Below, in pieces: positions 38,154-48,095 of a stretch of DNA of 64,000 nt. This DNA is from Candidatus Altimarinota bacterium (GTDB lineage: Bacteria > Patescibacteriota > Gracilibacteria > CAIRYL01). Position 1 is the stretch's first letter, and each line of letters opens with the position of its first letter. The notes under the pieces are model-generated. The model worked only from the letters and a program-made list of their open reading frames with translations, did not search any database and was not told where the DNA came from. Where the stretch lies: NCBI GenBank assembly GCA_965250085.1, contig OZ252287.1:960001-1024000 (forward strand), in the 5' to 3' direction. A program made the position numbers and the translations under genes.

Positions 38154-38627
38154 TTAAGTAGCAGTAAGGGCAATTGCCAAAGCATCAGCCGCGTCATCTG
38201 GCTCTGGCAGAGCATCAAGAGAAAGTATTTTCTGGACCATGGTTTGTATTTGAAGCTTAGGAGCTCCACCATTACCGGTAACCGCTTTTTTTACCGCTGT
38301 TGGTAGAAATTCTTGTATAGGAATTTTAAAAAATTCACTTCGTTCAAGAATGATGCCGCGAGCTTGCGCTACCAGAAGGCCACTCGTCACATTTTTCACA
38401 AATACCAGTTTTTCAACAGCAATCAAGTCAGGTTTCCACATGTGAATGATTTCTTCAAAGTCTTCTCGTATTTGACAGAGTCTTTTGGGAAGAGAAGAAG
38501 TTTTTCGAGTTATGAATATCCCAAAGTCTTTGGAGATACAAGAATTTTTAGTCACTTCGATTACTCCAAAACCAGTTTTTTCCAATCCAGGATCAATGCC
38601 GAGTATAATTTTTGATTTTTTTTGCAT
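38154..38627 (-). CDS. ruvC: Holliday junction resolvase RuvC
   Basis: ILGIDPG, AVE, QARG, VKKAVTGNG.A.K.Q, PDDAADALAIA. Confidence 0.96.
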   Translation of the reverse strand: MQKKSKIILGIDPGLEKTGFGVIEVTKNSCISKDFGIFITRKTSSLPKRLCQIREDFEEIIHMWKPDLIAVEKLVFVKNVTSGLLVAQARGIILERSEFFKIPIQEFLPTAVKKAVTGNGGAPKLQIQTMVQKILSLDALPEPDDAADALAIALTAT

Positions 38628-38729
38628 GTTGCAAGCAAATTTTCTGCAATTTTCTTAAAAAAAGCGACAGAATATCATTGATAATACCGTAAGAATATGC
38701 TAAAATAGAGGGAAAAATAGAAAAAACAT

Positions 38730-41570
38730 ATGCTTCATGAAGAAATGCCACATTCTCAACCTTCTCCAGGAAAAAATATCCTTCCTGATATAAATTCTCA
38801 CGAGAAAAAATCTGCTCCTCAAAATCTTGATGAACTTCTGAAAGCCCCGCGTAAAGAAGCCCAAACTTCTTTATTCACGAAAAAGAGAAAAAATCATAAG
38901 CAAAAAAGAAAAGCAAAAGAACGGGATAACTCTTTTGAGTTTTTGAATGTTTCTTATTCTCCTCTTTACAGGTCCTTTCGCGCAATTTTTGGCTTCCTTC
39001 TTCTGATGCTTACGATTTTTATGGGGGTGGTTTTTGCAAAAGAACAAGTTGATGCAGAAAGATCGATCTTACTTTCTATACGAAGAGGGCAAACGTTTGT
39101 TTCTGATGAATTTCAAAATAAAGAAATACAAGTGAGAGGGACCGAATACACACTTTCTTCTGGAGAAAAAGTCAGAACGGAAGGAGAAGAATCAGAAATT
39201 CTTTTGGATGTAGCAGGTCAAGCAGAGATACGAGGGTATGGGGCAACAGACTTTATTTTTAAGAAAGATGGAGGAGTAATTACTATCGATCATTTTGCAG
39301 GAGACATATGGGTATTTGCTCCTCAGACAGTAAAGATTTCCTTTCAGCCATATTCTTTTACACTTCAAGATGGATCGGCGCGTTTTGTTGCTCAAGAAAA
39401 TATGATGATAGTAAAAGCTTGGGAAAACAGTGTGACAGCTGTTTTGCGGGACGAAGAGACAGAAGAAGAGTTTCAAATCGTTTTAGCTCCTATGAGCCAG
39501 GCAATATTTCCAATTTCAGAAAAGAATCTTCCAGAAATGGATGTTCTCAAGCAGCTTAGATTCTCAAAACTTTTAAAAGAATTTCATATCACGAGCATCT
39601 CAGAAGACAGAAAAGATAAAAAAAACTTGCGTCGTGACGAGTATCTTTCTCAAGAAGTTGCTCGAAGTATATTGCAGAATGGAAAAAAAACTGGGGACAT
39701 TAGAGAATTTCTTAATAGATATTTTGCATTTTTCCCTTCTCGCCGAAAGGCAGCAGCAGAGAGAACTGTTGAAGGTCAATATACAGCGCTTTTGGAATCG
39801 ATTTTCTTAAAAACATTTCAAGAAAACCAAAATATAGATTTTTCTGGAAGCAAAGGAGACCTTCTGAGCTTCCTTTGGAAATTACAGATGGTGGAGGATG
39901 TCTCTCTCGCAACGGATTTACGACATCAAACGGAGGATGTCATCCTTTTACAAAGCAGGGAAGACCAGAGACCTCAATTTGAGAAAATAGCACTGCAAAA
40001 TGCAACCCATGCTCTTCAAGAGGCGTTCACAAGGCAAGATGCTCAGTGGGCAGACCTTGAAATACAGAGAATCCAATATTTGTGGCCCAATATCCAGAAA
40101 AGACATTCAAAAGACCCATCTTTTTTGAGCTTTTATCGAGAAGTATTTTTCAGATTATTTCTTTCATATCCAGAACAAGTAAGTGAACGGCTTTTTGCTT
40201 TTTTAGATTCGCTTGATACAAATGAAGTTGCTGTAGCATTTGGAACAGAGAGAGCAACTACCCTCATTGAGATTATCCAGAAAAATCTTTCACTTTCTCA
40301 AGCTCTTACGGTTTCAAAAAACCTTACCTTAGCGCAGGATATCTTGAGAAATGCAGATAAAAAGATAGATCGTATTGCGGTACTTGAGGATGACCCCTTA
40401 TATCGCAACACGCTTCAGCAAAGAGAAAATGTAATGATACGACTTAAAGTATGCCGCATATTTGATCAATGCGCAGATGCAGATTTTGCTAAATGGAGAA
40501 AAAAACAAAAAGTTTTAGCATGCCATATTGATAATATTTGCACCTCAAATGGATTTTCTGAGTGGCTCAGAGAATATGTGTCAGATGGAACACTTAAGGC
40601 ATCTCCAATTGAGTTTGATGAGACACCAGAAGACATAGATGTCGCGATTATAGGACAGCAAATGTTACAAGCAGCTGAAATCGAGATACACAGTGGATAT
40701 ACTACAGACAACAACTTTTTCTTTATCTCAAAAGCCATAACAAAAAATGGGTTTGAGTTCTCAGGACGCCTTTCCGTAGAGCACGGATACTTGGAAGATG
40801 TACTCTTGCTCCAAGATCCTCAAGTAGAAGTTTCAGGAAGACATACTCTTCAGACACTGGAGAGAGCTATTTCTTTTACTCTTTTTCCAGAAGAAGAATA
40901 TGAGCCACCTTCAGAAGAAATATTGTCTTCAGCACCGACTCTTGACCCGGTGGTTGCAGATGTGACCATTCGTAATCTCCAGAAAGAATTGGCAGAACAG
41001 AACATCATCGTACTACTCATAGATATGAATCCTCTCAGCACTCGAAATGTTTTGATAGACCATGCTATCGTGGGGGAACAACAAATCCCAGTACAATTTG
41101 AGTATGTGTTTCGAAGTTCTACAGGAGAACATATCTTGAAAAACATAATTCTCAAAAGCTATTCAAATGTATCAACAGAAGAAGTCGCTCTTAGCAGAGC
41201 CGTTCAGCACATTTATATTCTCGATGAACAAGGCCAAAGAAATAATACTCTTATTCAAATGGCCAGAGGGCTTCTCGTAGATGCCCGTTTCCAAATATCT
41301 GAAGAAGACTTCTCAATGAAGGTTGAAGAAAATCATATTGTTTTTTCTGCAGTCAAAGATATGTATAACAACAGAATTAAAGGAGAATTAGAAGTCGAAA
41401 CAGCCGTATTTCTTGAGGTGCAAAATATGGATAACTCATGGTCAGCACAAAATATTACTCTCAGTGGATACGAAAACTTTTTAAACCCTCCTGAGGCCGT
41501 CGAAAATGTCTTAGGGAACGTGTCTGAGGACGACTTGGCTCTTATAGATGATATTTTGAATCAAAACTAG
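38730..41570 (+). CDS. Large single-pass membrane hypothetical protein (FecR-like beta region after TM)
   Basis: 946-aa ORF; basic N-terminus, TM ~aa 85-103; domain call is weak. Confidence 0.7.
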   Translation: MLHEEMPHSQPSPGKNILPDINSHEKKSAPQNLDELLKAPRKEAQTSLFTKKRKNHKQKRKAKERDNSFEFLNVSYSPLYRSFRAIFGFLLLMLTIFMGVVFAKEQVDAERSILLSIRRGQTFVSDEFQNKEIQVRGTEYTLSSGEKVRTEGEESEILLDVAGQAEIRGYGATDFIFKKDGGVITIDHFAGDIWVFAPQTVKISFQPYSFTLQDGSARFVAQENMMIVKAWENSVTAVLRDEETEEEFQIVLAPMSQAIFPISEKNLPEMDVLKQLRFSKLLKEFHITSISEDRKDKKNLRRDEYLSQEVARSILQNGKKTGDIREFLNRYFAFFPSRRKAAAERTVEGQYTALLESIFLKTFQENQNIDFSGSKGDLLSFLWKLQMVEDVSLATDLRHQTEDVILLQSREDQRPQFEKIALQNATHALQEAFTRQDAQWADLEIQRIQYLWPNIQKRHSKDPSFLSFYREVFFRLFLSYPEQVSERLFAFLDSLDTNEVAVAFGTERATTLIEIIQKNLSLSQALTVSKNLTLAQDILRNADKKIDRIAVLEDDPLYRNTLQQRENVMIRLKVCRIFDQCADADFAKWRKKQKVLACHIDNICTSNGFSEWLREYVSDGTLKASPIEFDETPEDIDVAIIGQQMLQAAEIEIHSGYTTDNNFFFISKAITKNGFEFSGRLSVEHGYLEDVLLLQDPQVEVSGRHTLQTLERAISFTLFPEEEYEPPSEEILSSAPTLDPVVADVTIRNLQKELAEQNIIVLLIDMNPLSTRNVLIDHAIVGEQQIPVQFEYVFRSSTGEHILKNIILKSYSNVSTEEVALSRAVQHIYILDEQGQRNNTLIQMARGLLVDARFQISEEDFSMKVEENHIVFSAVKDMYNNRIKGELEVETAVFLEVQNMDNSWSAQNITLSGYENFLNPPEAVENVLGNVSEDDLALIDDILNQN

Positions 41571-41637
41571 AACAGGGAAGATCACTCTTTCTTTTTCTTA
41601 TTTTGCCATACAATGTGTAAGGTTCTTATTGTAAAAT

Positions 41638-42075
41638 ATGAATATTCTAGCGCTTGATCTCGGAGAAAAAAGAATTGGCATTGCCCATGGGAGTACTCGA
41701 GAACGAATTGCTTTTCCTACTCAAGTTATTGAAAAAGAAATTTCCACGAGAAAAGAGGATATTTTTAAAGAAATTGTAGAGATCTGTCATAACAGACAGA
41801 TACAAAAAACTTTGATAGGACACCCTGCTCCACTCTCAGAAATTGGATCCCATCAAACACAAACGTGTCGTGATTTTGCAGATGATCTAGAAGATTTTTT
41901 TGTTTTTCAAAAAGAGGATATTTCAGTGGAATTGGCAGATGAAACATTTTCCACCAAAATAGCTCAAAAAAAACTCAAGGATATCGGGTATTCCTCAAGG
42001 GAGCAAAAGTATAAAAAAGACGCAATTGCAGCGGCAGAATTCTTACAAATGTATTTTGATCTTCAAAAAGCCTGA
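41638..42075 (+). CDS. ruvX: YqgF/RuvX pre-16S rRNA nuclease
   Basis: ILALDLGEKRIGIA, DETFST, DAIAAA.FLQ.Y. Confidence 0.93.
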   Translation: MNILALDLGEKRIGIAHGSTRERIAFPTQVIEKEISTRKEDIFKEIVEICHNRQIQKTLIGHPAPLSEIGSHQTQTCRDFADDLEDFFVFQKEDISVELADETFSTKIAQKKLKDIGYSSREQKYKKDAIAAAEFLQMYFDLQKA

Positions 42076-42081
42076 CAAAAA

Positions 42082-42158
42082 TGGTGTCCCCGATGCGATT
42101 CGAACGCACGACCTTCAGATCCGCAATCTGACGCTCTATCCAGCTGAGCTACGGGAAC
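42082..42158 (-). tRNA. tRNA-Arg (anticodon GCG), CCA encoded
   Basis: GTTCCCG acceptor; anticodon arm TCAGA-TTGCGGA-TCTGA; GTTCGAATC T-arm. Confidence 0.95.
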
Positions 42159-42265
42159 ATGATTCGTGAAGAATGGTCCTTCGACAAGCTCAGGACATTC
42201 GACTTTTCACGCATTATTCGGTCGGAGACCATGAGCGAATCTGAGGTTGTCGAAAGCGAGTCGAA

Positions 42266-42340
42266 TGGTAGCGCCAAGGGGAATCGAACCCCTGTTACCA
42301 GGATGAAAACCTAGCGTCCTAACCACTAGACGATGGCGCC
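42266..42340 (-). tRNA. tRNA-Glu (TTC), CCA encoded
   Basis: GGCGCCA acceptor; CTAGG-TTTTCAT-CCTGG; GGTTCGATTCC. Confidence 0.95.
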
Positions 42341-42389
42341 ATATAAAACCGCTTGGAATAATGTAAAGAACAGTACGAAAGAAATCAAG

Positions 42390-42464
42390 TGGTGGGTGAG
42401 GTGGGGATCGAACCCACGGCCAATGGCTTAAAAGGCCACTGCTCTACCACTGAGCTACTCACCC
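42390..42464 (-). tRNA. tRNA-Lys (TTT), CCA encoded
   Basis: GGGTGAG acceptor; GTGGC-CTTTTAA-GCCAT; GGTTCGATCC. Confidence 0.95.
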
Positions 42465-42522
42465 AAAATCGGCAGAAAGTCTAAAGTAGAACGACAAAAG
42501 TCTCAACTTTTTTTTCTGTATT

Positions 42523-43086
42523 TCACTCTTCTGTTCCAAAAAGACTAGAGATCATAAAGACAATCGCGGGAAGTGCAAACCAGACACTGTAGTTGGATAT
42601 CATGGTTCGCACCAATGAAGACTGTTCTGCAATACCAATAATAGGGCTTTCTCCAAGTTCTATAAAGGGAGCAGTGAAAATAGATATTCCAGAAATATAG
42701 ACGAGTATCGTACTGACAATAAGTCCTGCGCTCAGGATGCCATATGCGCCTGTCAAAAATATAGAAAAGAACCGGGAGCGATCCTGCAAGAGATCAATTT
42801 CAAATGCACCTCGGATAGTGAGCAAAACAGTAAGCACCACAAAAATAGAAATTTTCATAATAATAAAACCGCTATTGTCTGTTTGGATAGAAATAATATC
42901 GAGAACAGGATCTGTTCCTAAAAAATATTTTTGCACTAAGTTCCCTACTCCATCTGCCGCAAGAATAGCAACATAAGAGCTGAGAATCACTTTCATAGTC
43001 TGATTCTTTCCAATAACAAAACTATAGGCAACAATTACCAGAAAAAATACAATTACAAAGAGGTCCCAGGTCAGATTGATTTGCAT
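42523..43086 (-). CDS. Hypothetical multi-pass membrane protein (CvpA-like topology)
   Basis: About 5 hydrophobic segments; family is a guess. Confidence 0.7.
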   Translation of the reverse strand: MQINLTWDLFVIVFFLVIVAYSFVIGKNQTMKVILSSYVAILAADGVGNLVQKYFLGTDPVLDIISIQTDNSGFIIMKISIFVVLTVLLTIRGAFEIDLLQDRSRFFSIFLTGAYGILSAGLIVSTILVYISGISIFTAPFIELGESPIIGIAEQSSLVRTMISNYSVWFALPAIVFMISSLFGTEE

Positions 43087-43155
43087 GTATCGCTTTTGAA
43101 GAAGAAAGAGTTTTCAGCGCATAGTATAACGAGATAATCAAAAATGAGGCAACTC

Positions 43156-43416
43156 TTAAGTCTTTTGAGAGTTTGTTTTCACCAAAAGCTCTTTTTTCTT
43201 CTTTGAGAACTGCTTCACTTGGTATTCACGCTTTCTTGCCGCAGTATCACTTTCAAACTCTTCGATATGAATCATTTTTATGGGAAGCCGAGACCTTGTG
43301 TACTTTGCTCCTTTGCCAGAATTATGAGCCTTTTCCCTCTTTGCAGGATTTGTGCAGTACCCAGTATAGAGCGACTCATCGTTGCAACGAGCCACATAGC
43401 AATAATATTTTTTCAT
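43156..43416 (-). CDS. GIY-YIG nuclease family protein (UPF0213/YazA-like)
   Basis: YCYVARCNDESLYTG, R...HNSGKGAKYTRSR.P, A.KRE..VK. Confidence 0.93.
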   Translation of the reverse strand: MKKYYCYVARCNDESLYTGYCTNPAKREKAHNSGKGAKYTRSRLPIKMIHIEEFESDTAARKREYQVKQFSKKKKELLVKTNSQKT

Positions 43417-43709
43417 TTTTTAGTTCTTCTGGTTATATTTGAATGTTTTGTCCATCGCTGTCCACCACACTCCTGAATTTACGCAAAGTTCTCCATTATA
43501 ATGAGCACAATCGTTTTCTATGAGGTTTCCATGCCTACAAGACCGGAAGGTCAACCCCCTTTCTCCATCCTTCGCTTTCAGCTTTGGAGGGCACTACAAA
43601 GGGGATTTCATTTCATGATTCGGGTCGCACAAAAGCTTGACATTACAGATAATAAGTCACAAGATACTATCTTTTAGATAGTTTTTAAAATTTTCCTATC
43701 TTATTGCCT

Positions 43710-44987
43710 ATGTCAAAAACACACGAAATGCAATCAAGTCAAGTAACTGTTCCTGAACCGGATGGACCTGAAATTACAAAACTTCTCGTTGGACCGGCTA
43801 AAATACATCCCGTTTCTCCGGAACAAAGGGTAGAATTCTTCGCTGCTCATTCAATGTCACACAGAGGAGAGTTTGCCAGAATACTTATAAAAAGTGTAAA
43901 TGCAGGAGTGTTTGATATGATAGGAGTGCCGTTGGAATTACGAAATCATGAATTCACTAGTCTCTCGGAAACTCCGGAAGGTTGGCATGTTCTTCATACG
44001 GGAGGAGGAACCGCAGGAATGTATGCAGCAATTGCGGGTGCATGTTTGCCCGAAGGAACGCTTTTGGTAGACAATGGGTTCTTCGCAAACCTTGCCGGAG
44101 AGAAGATGGTAACAACGGGAAGATCGATTCAAGAAACAGTAAAATTTGAGAGAGGACAAGGACTTATTATTGGTTCTCCTGAATTTAATAAAATTGCTAC
44201 AAAAATTAGAGAGAGGAGCATCAGCTCCATATATTTGGTAGAAAATGCTACTACTACCGGAGTCAATCAATCCAAAGCCATACAAGAATTGGTAAAAATT
44301 CGGAATGAAGCAGGAACAGATGTAATTATTATTGTTGATGCTGTATCAGGATTCATAATGGGAGGAGAAGAAGAAAGAGAACAATTACCAGATATTATTT
44401 TTTGGGGCAATCAAAAGCAGACAGCCATAGGAACAGGAAGTGGAGAACTTTTATTTAATAATCGCGCATTGTCAAGGGCTATACAGATAGAAGATATACT
44501 ACACCTTGATGCTGGAAGATCATTTGGCATTCGAGGCGCTTACGGCACGGAGCAAAATCGCATGGCAAAAAGAGGCCAAACAAAAAATACTCCTCCGATG
44601 GCAGAACTATATAGACAATTATTGGTGCTTCAAAATATGTACGGGGAAAATCAAAAATGGAGAGATATAGCAGAAATGCAACTGGAGGCAAGGAAATTGG
44701 TTCATGAATCTCTTTGTGAAGGAGGAGCATTAGGAGGATTTGGATTGGAATTATTGACTTCTGAATCAGATTTGCAATCCTCTACTGTTCATGTTCTAAA
44801 ATTTCCTGAAGGAGTAGATGCAACGAGAGTCTTAGAAAAAGCTCTAGAATTAGAGGGTGTGAAAATTGCTCCCGGATTTGGCCCAGAGAGAGAAAGAGAA
44901 GTAAGGATTGGTGTGTATTCTGCGAATCTAGTAGGAGAAGTGGCTAGAGGCATTAAAGGTATGACAAGAGGATTGGAAGCCATTTAG
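43710..44987 (+). CDS. Divergent class V PLP-dependent aminotransferase
   Basis: GP near N-terminus, TGGGTAGM, ENATTTGV, VDAVS, WGNQK (PLP lysine), NTPP, S.TV, VRIG. Confidence 0.75.
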   Translation: MSKTHEMQSSQVTVPEPDGPEITKLLVGPAKIHPVSPEQRVEFFAAHSMSHRGEFARILIKSVNAGVFDMIGVPLELRNHEFTSLSETPEGWHVLHTGGGTAGMYAAIAGACLPEGTLLVDNGFFANLAGEKMVTTGRSIQETVKFERGQGLIIGSPEFNKIATKIRERSISSIYLVENATTTGVNQSKAIQELVKIRNEAGTDVIIIVDAVSGFIMGGEEEREQLPDIIFWGNQKQTAIGTGSGELLFNNRALSRAIQIEDILHLDAGRSFGIRGAYGTEQNRMAKRGQTKNTPPMAELYRQLLVLQNMYGENQKWRDIAEMQLEARKLVHESLCEGGALGGFGLELLTSESDLQSSTVHVLKFPEGVDATRVLEKALELEGVKIAPGFGPEREREVRIGVYSANLVGEVARGIKGMTRGLEAI

Positions 44988-45293
44988 TCAATAAATGCCA
45001 CTTGGTAGCACCAAGAATTTATTAGATGATTTGCAGGGAATTTTAGAAAAGCATTCAAGTGAAAAATACTTGAACGAACGGCGGGCTTTCCGAGAGTATG
45101 AAAATCTAGAAGATGATCGTATGGTTCATTTTCTGAGTAATGCTTTGTTGAATATGGATGGTGTTCTTTACGCCATACAGGAAGAGAGGTGTGCTTAAAA
45201 GAGAACAATTCCTCTTTTTTCTTCCTCCGTGCTATGATTCTGTTACATATTTTTTCTTTAAATATGTCTGATCTTGTTTTATAACTATATTTT

Positions 45294-46691
45294 ATGACAA
45301 AGAAAATATCCATAACTGATTTTACGAGATCAAAGAACCAATTAGCGTTAACTTATTTTGCAGACGATATTAAATTTACTGCTTCACATTGGTATCCAGA
45401 CATAGATTTTTTCGAGCTTGAGAAAGAATATGGTTATCCTTTCATGGAAAAAATATATTTCCACATAACAATCTTCAATTTCAGTCAGCTTATTAATTTA
45501 CGTCCGGAAACGGTTGATCTTGGTCCTTTCTCAAAATATCATACTGCTGATTTTGAGATGTTGTGGAACTCTATATTTAAGGGGGGTTGGGCTCAGTGGC
45601 GTTATGAAAATGACCTCCCCAATTATAAAGGTCCTAAATTTATAAGTAACCAAGCGGATGTATCCATACCTCCAATTTCTATTGAAGTAAAGGAAGTGGA
45701 AGTTCTGAATCTAGTGGGCGGTGGCAAAGACAGTCTTGTATCGATGAAATTATTTGAAAAAGCAAAGATTCCATTTTCTACCTTTGCAAGATCTCAATCG
45801 AAGATGGGGCGGGCAATAGTTCAGCACGACCTCATTGAAACGAGTATAAAAGGATGTTCGTCTAAACAACACCATAAGTACTATGTATATGATGATTTTT
45901 TGGATTCCCCAATCGCAGATTTACATCCTGAATATGAATCAAAGCGTTTTGATTTTCCTGAGACAGTGATGTGTGTGTTTTCAGTGTTTCCATTGATGCT
46001 TAAATATGGTTATAAGTATGTATCAATGGGAAATGAACGCAGTTCCGATGTAGGAAACCTTGTTTGGAGTGAGACTGGAGAGGAGATTAATCATGCGTGG
46101 GCAAAAACATTTGAGGCAGAGAAGCTCTATAATGAATACATTAACAAACATTTGATTACAAATTTCTCATCTTTTAGTATACTTCGCCCGATATATGATG
46201 TTCTTATTTTTGGATTACTTAGTGAAAATGAATCACTAGTAGAAAATATTTTCTCATGTAATATTGAGAAACCATGGTGTTATAAATGTCCGAAGTGTGC
46301 GTATATCTGGCTTTGCTACATGGCATATTTACCAACGAGTCTTGTTAATACAATTTTCCAAAATAGAAATTTGTTTGATGTTGAGGAAAATCAAGAATGG
46401 TATGCTCAGCTTCTTGGTTTGGACGAGCATAATGCATTTGAATGCGTTGGACAAATTTCCGAGTCGCAATTAGCTTTTGAAATGTGTAGCCGGAAGGGAA
46501 TCACTGGAAAAGCAATGGATCTCTATCATCAAAATATAAAAGATGTTGATTTTACAAAAATTGTAGACAAGTATCTGAATGTCGCCACAGACACTCACAT
46601 GATTCCAGAACCACTTTCTAAGATATTTGATATTTTTTATGATTCATCAGCCCGAACAAGAATGAAAATTTTAAAGGGCATTGCCAATTAA
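45294..46691 (+). CDS. MurL-like PP-loop ATP-dependent enzyme (UDP-MurNAc-L-Ala-L-Glu epimerase family)
   Basis: GGGKDS, GNERSS, INH.W.K, FSILRP, FSCN, WCYKCPKC, FECVG match the motif order I recall for MurL. Confidence 0.7.
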   Translation: MTKKISITDFTRSKNQLALTYFADDIKFTASHWYPDIDFFELEKEYGYPFMEKIYFHITIFNFSQLINLRPETVDLGPFSKYHTADFEMLWNSIFKGGWAQWRYENDLPNYKGPKFISNQADVSIPPISIEVKEVEVLNLVGGGKDSLVSMKLFEKAKIPFSTFARSQSKMGRAIVQHDLIETSIKGCSSKQHHKYYVYDDFLDSPIADLHPEYESKRFDFPETVMCVFSVFPLMLKYGYKYVSMGNERSSDVGNLVWSETGEEINHAWAKTFEAEKLYNEYINKHLITNFSSFSILRPIYDVLIFGLLSENESLVENIFSCNIEKPWCYKCPKCAYIWLCYMAYLPTSLVNTIFQNRNLFDVEENQEWYAQLLGLDEHNAFECVGQISESQLAFEMCSRKGITGKAMDLYHQNIKDVDFTKIVDKYLNVATDTHMIPEPLSKIFDIFYDSSARTRMKILKGIAN

Positions 46692-47088
46692 AAAAAATAT
46701 AAAGCAAGTTCTTTGTGGATAAAAAGTAGAATAGTGGCTTCTATCATGCGAATTGTCCTTGAGTAGCAGTATGTTTTTCGATGAAATCAAGCGAAAGAGT
46801 CTCTCACAAGAGATTATTGACGCCTTCGACTCGGACTGGTCCCCTCGTTCGTTCGAGTCTTTTGGACTCGAATGCTAGTGGATATTGACAATTAAAGTTC
46901 AAGTGAATTTATCCGCCTTTGGAGGAAAATACTTGAACGAACGGAGGAGCCCACACGAGGCGGGGTTACTACAGAAGAGGTCCTCTTCGGCTCCCCCGAC
47001 TTCGTCGAGATCGCTCAGGACACAGTATCTTTCCGATTCGCTTCCTCTCCCGCCAAGGCGGGATCGTCGCTCATCGCAAATTCAACTC

Positions 47089-47163
47089 TGGAGCGGGTAA
47101 CGAGACTCGAACTCGTGTGACCGGCTTGGAAGGCCGGGGCTTTACCAACTAAGCTATACCCGC
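47089..47163 (-). tRNA. tRNA-Gly (TCC), CCA encoded
   Basis: GCGGGTA acceptor; CCGGC-CTTCCAA-GCCGG; GTTCGAGTC. Confidence 0.95.
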
Positions 47164-47203
47164 AAAAGAGCAGATGAATTGTAGCGAAGAATTTTTAGAC
47201 TGG

Positions 47204-48061
47204 TCAAGAACTTTCTTTGTCCTGCCTCTCTTTGGCATGTATGGTGTTTTCAATCAGTTTTGCGACTGTCATGGGCCCCACTCCTCCAGGCACAGGAGAA
47301 ATATGGCTCGCCTTTTGAGCAACGCCCTCATACTCTACATCGCCCACAAGTTTTCCGTCTTTATTTCGATTAATACCCACATCAATCACAACAACACCAT
47401 CACTCACCATGTCAGAGGTGAGAATATTTGGTTTTCCCACAGCAACTATAATAAGGTCAGCACCGAGTGTGTATTTCACAATATCTTTCGTATGAACATG
47501 ACACGTGGTTACTGTTGCATTTCTGTTCAGCAACATCATAGAAATTGGCTTTCCGACGATATTTGAATGACCAATCACTACTACATCCATTCCTCGAACA
47601 TCGATATTATATTCTTCCAAAAGTCGCATAATACCTGCTGGAGTAGCAGGAGGAAGATCTTCAAACTCTGGAGAGAGAAACATTTTTCCTAAATTATACG
47701 CATGGAATCCATCTACATCTTTATGCGGATCAATAGCACGAATAACATCGGGGACATATAAATGATGAGGCAGGGGAAGCTGGACAATCATCCCTGTGAC
47801 GCTTTTATTGGTATTTAATTCCTTAATTTTTTGAACGAGTTCTTCTTGCGTAGTGCTTTCGGGCAAATCTAAGATCTCTGAATCAATACCAGCCTTTTGG
47901 CATGCCTTTTGCTTGTTTTTTACATAGAGAGAGCTCGCGGCATTTTTTCCCACCATGACAACTACTAACTTTGGAGGCACATCAAATTTTTGCACCTTTT
48001 GCGACGCTTCAGAAATCATTTTTTGAGAAAGCTTTTTGCCATCAAGAACAATTGCACTCAT
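47204..48061 (-). CDS. folD: Methylenetetrahydrofolate dehydrogenase/cyclohydrolase
   Basis: YVKNK, VQLPLP, KDVDGFH, PATPAG, SNIVGKP, DVGIN, PVPGGVGPMT. Confidence 0.97.
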   Translation of the reverse strand: MSAIVLDGKKLSQKMISEASQKVQKFDVPPKLVVVMVGKNAASSLYVKNKQKACQKAGIDSEILDLPESTTQEELVQKIKELNTNKSVTGMIVQLPLPHHLYVPDVIRAIDPHKDVDGFHAYNLGKMFLSPEFEDLPPATPAGIMRLLEEYNIDVRGMDVVVIGHSNIVGKPISMMLLNRNATVTTCHVHTKDIVKYTLGADLIIVAVGKPNILTSDMVSDGVVVIDVGINRNKDGKLVGDVEYEGVAQKASHISPVPGGVGPMTVAKLIENTIHAKERQDKESS

Positions 48062-48095
48062 TTTTTTTCAAAAAAACTTTGAAAGGAACCCAAGG

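Noticed and set aside
43420-43555. Short minus-strand frame ending VWWTAMDKTFKYNQKN, a possible gene remnant
   Set aside because: No convincing start or recognisable family
44995-45198. 67-aa ORF between the aminotransferase and MurL-like genes (also 46885..47100)
   Set aside because: Both overlap the duplicated hairpin element; the shared KYLNERR is explained by the DNA repeat, so coding status is unsupported
46714-46722. Perfect DnaA box (TGTGGATAA) suggesting oriC
   Set aside because: Single box, no cluster, no dnaA/dnaN context
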